Part shown: positions 63,824 to 64,000 of the stretch, in pieces
Layout of the letters: each line of letters starts with the position of its first letter
How positions within the stretch are numbered: position 1 is the first letter of the stretch
DNA from: Selaginella moellendorffii
Taxonomy: Eukaryota; Plantae; Lycopodiophyta
Direction: 5' to 3'
DNA length: 64,000 nt
Assembly: GCF_000143415.4 (NCBI RefSeq)
Contig: NW_003314264.1
Span: forward strand, 1,442,733 to 1,506,732
Made by a program: the position numbers and the translations under genes
The notes under the pieces: model-generated
What the model was told of the DNA's origin: nothing
The model's input: the letters and a program-made list of their open reading frames with translations, nothing else
Database searches by the model: none

Positions 63824-64000
63824 AGCTCCTGCCCTAAAAGCTTTGAAAAAGTGCCTACGTGGCGGTTACATTCAAACGAGCTCTAGTGATTTAGGGTTCT
63901 TCTTCTTCTAGTGCCAGAGCAATGAAGGAGCGTCGAGTGACAAATCGAGGCGCTCCGGCAGCTCCAGCTGCTGCTGCTGCGTCCCGGCGGAGAAAGAAGC

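Overview
Land-plant nuclear DNA, most likely a lycophyte such as Selaginella. This is an inference from ~50-nt introns, PLS-class PPR genes, a nuclear mitochondrial-type rps19 and an LRRIQ1-like gene. Bases 1-46229 are a decayed 26S/28S rRNA gene split by a nested stack of elements. Two copies of an APE-RT (L1/Tx1-type) LINE sit in tandem, antisense, at exactly the same rRNA site, with a 16-17 bp TSD seen three times. The first LINE is interrupted by a non-coding LTR element (TSD GTTTA). One LTR of that element holds two further insertions. The first is a full-length Ty3/gypsy chromovirus (TSD TGCTC) whose integrase is split by two GT-AG introns. The second is a 13.3-kb Sola-like DNA transposon (24-bp TIRs, TSD TTTG) carrying a divergent multi-exon gene (ParB-like domain, degenerate methyltransferase-like region, FCP1/HAD phosphatase) and about 20 copies of a 22-bp palindrome. 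The rRNA fragment ends in a tandem array of 5S-containing Cassandra TRIMs. Bases ~48000-64000 are compact host genes: PPRs, a KUP/HAK K+ transporter, a TPT-family transporter, a SixA-like phosphatase, rps19 and an IQ-motif protein. All calls were made by eye; no database searches were run.
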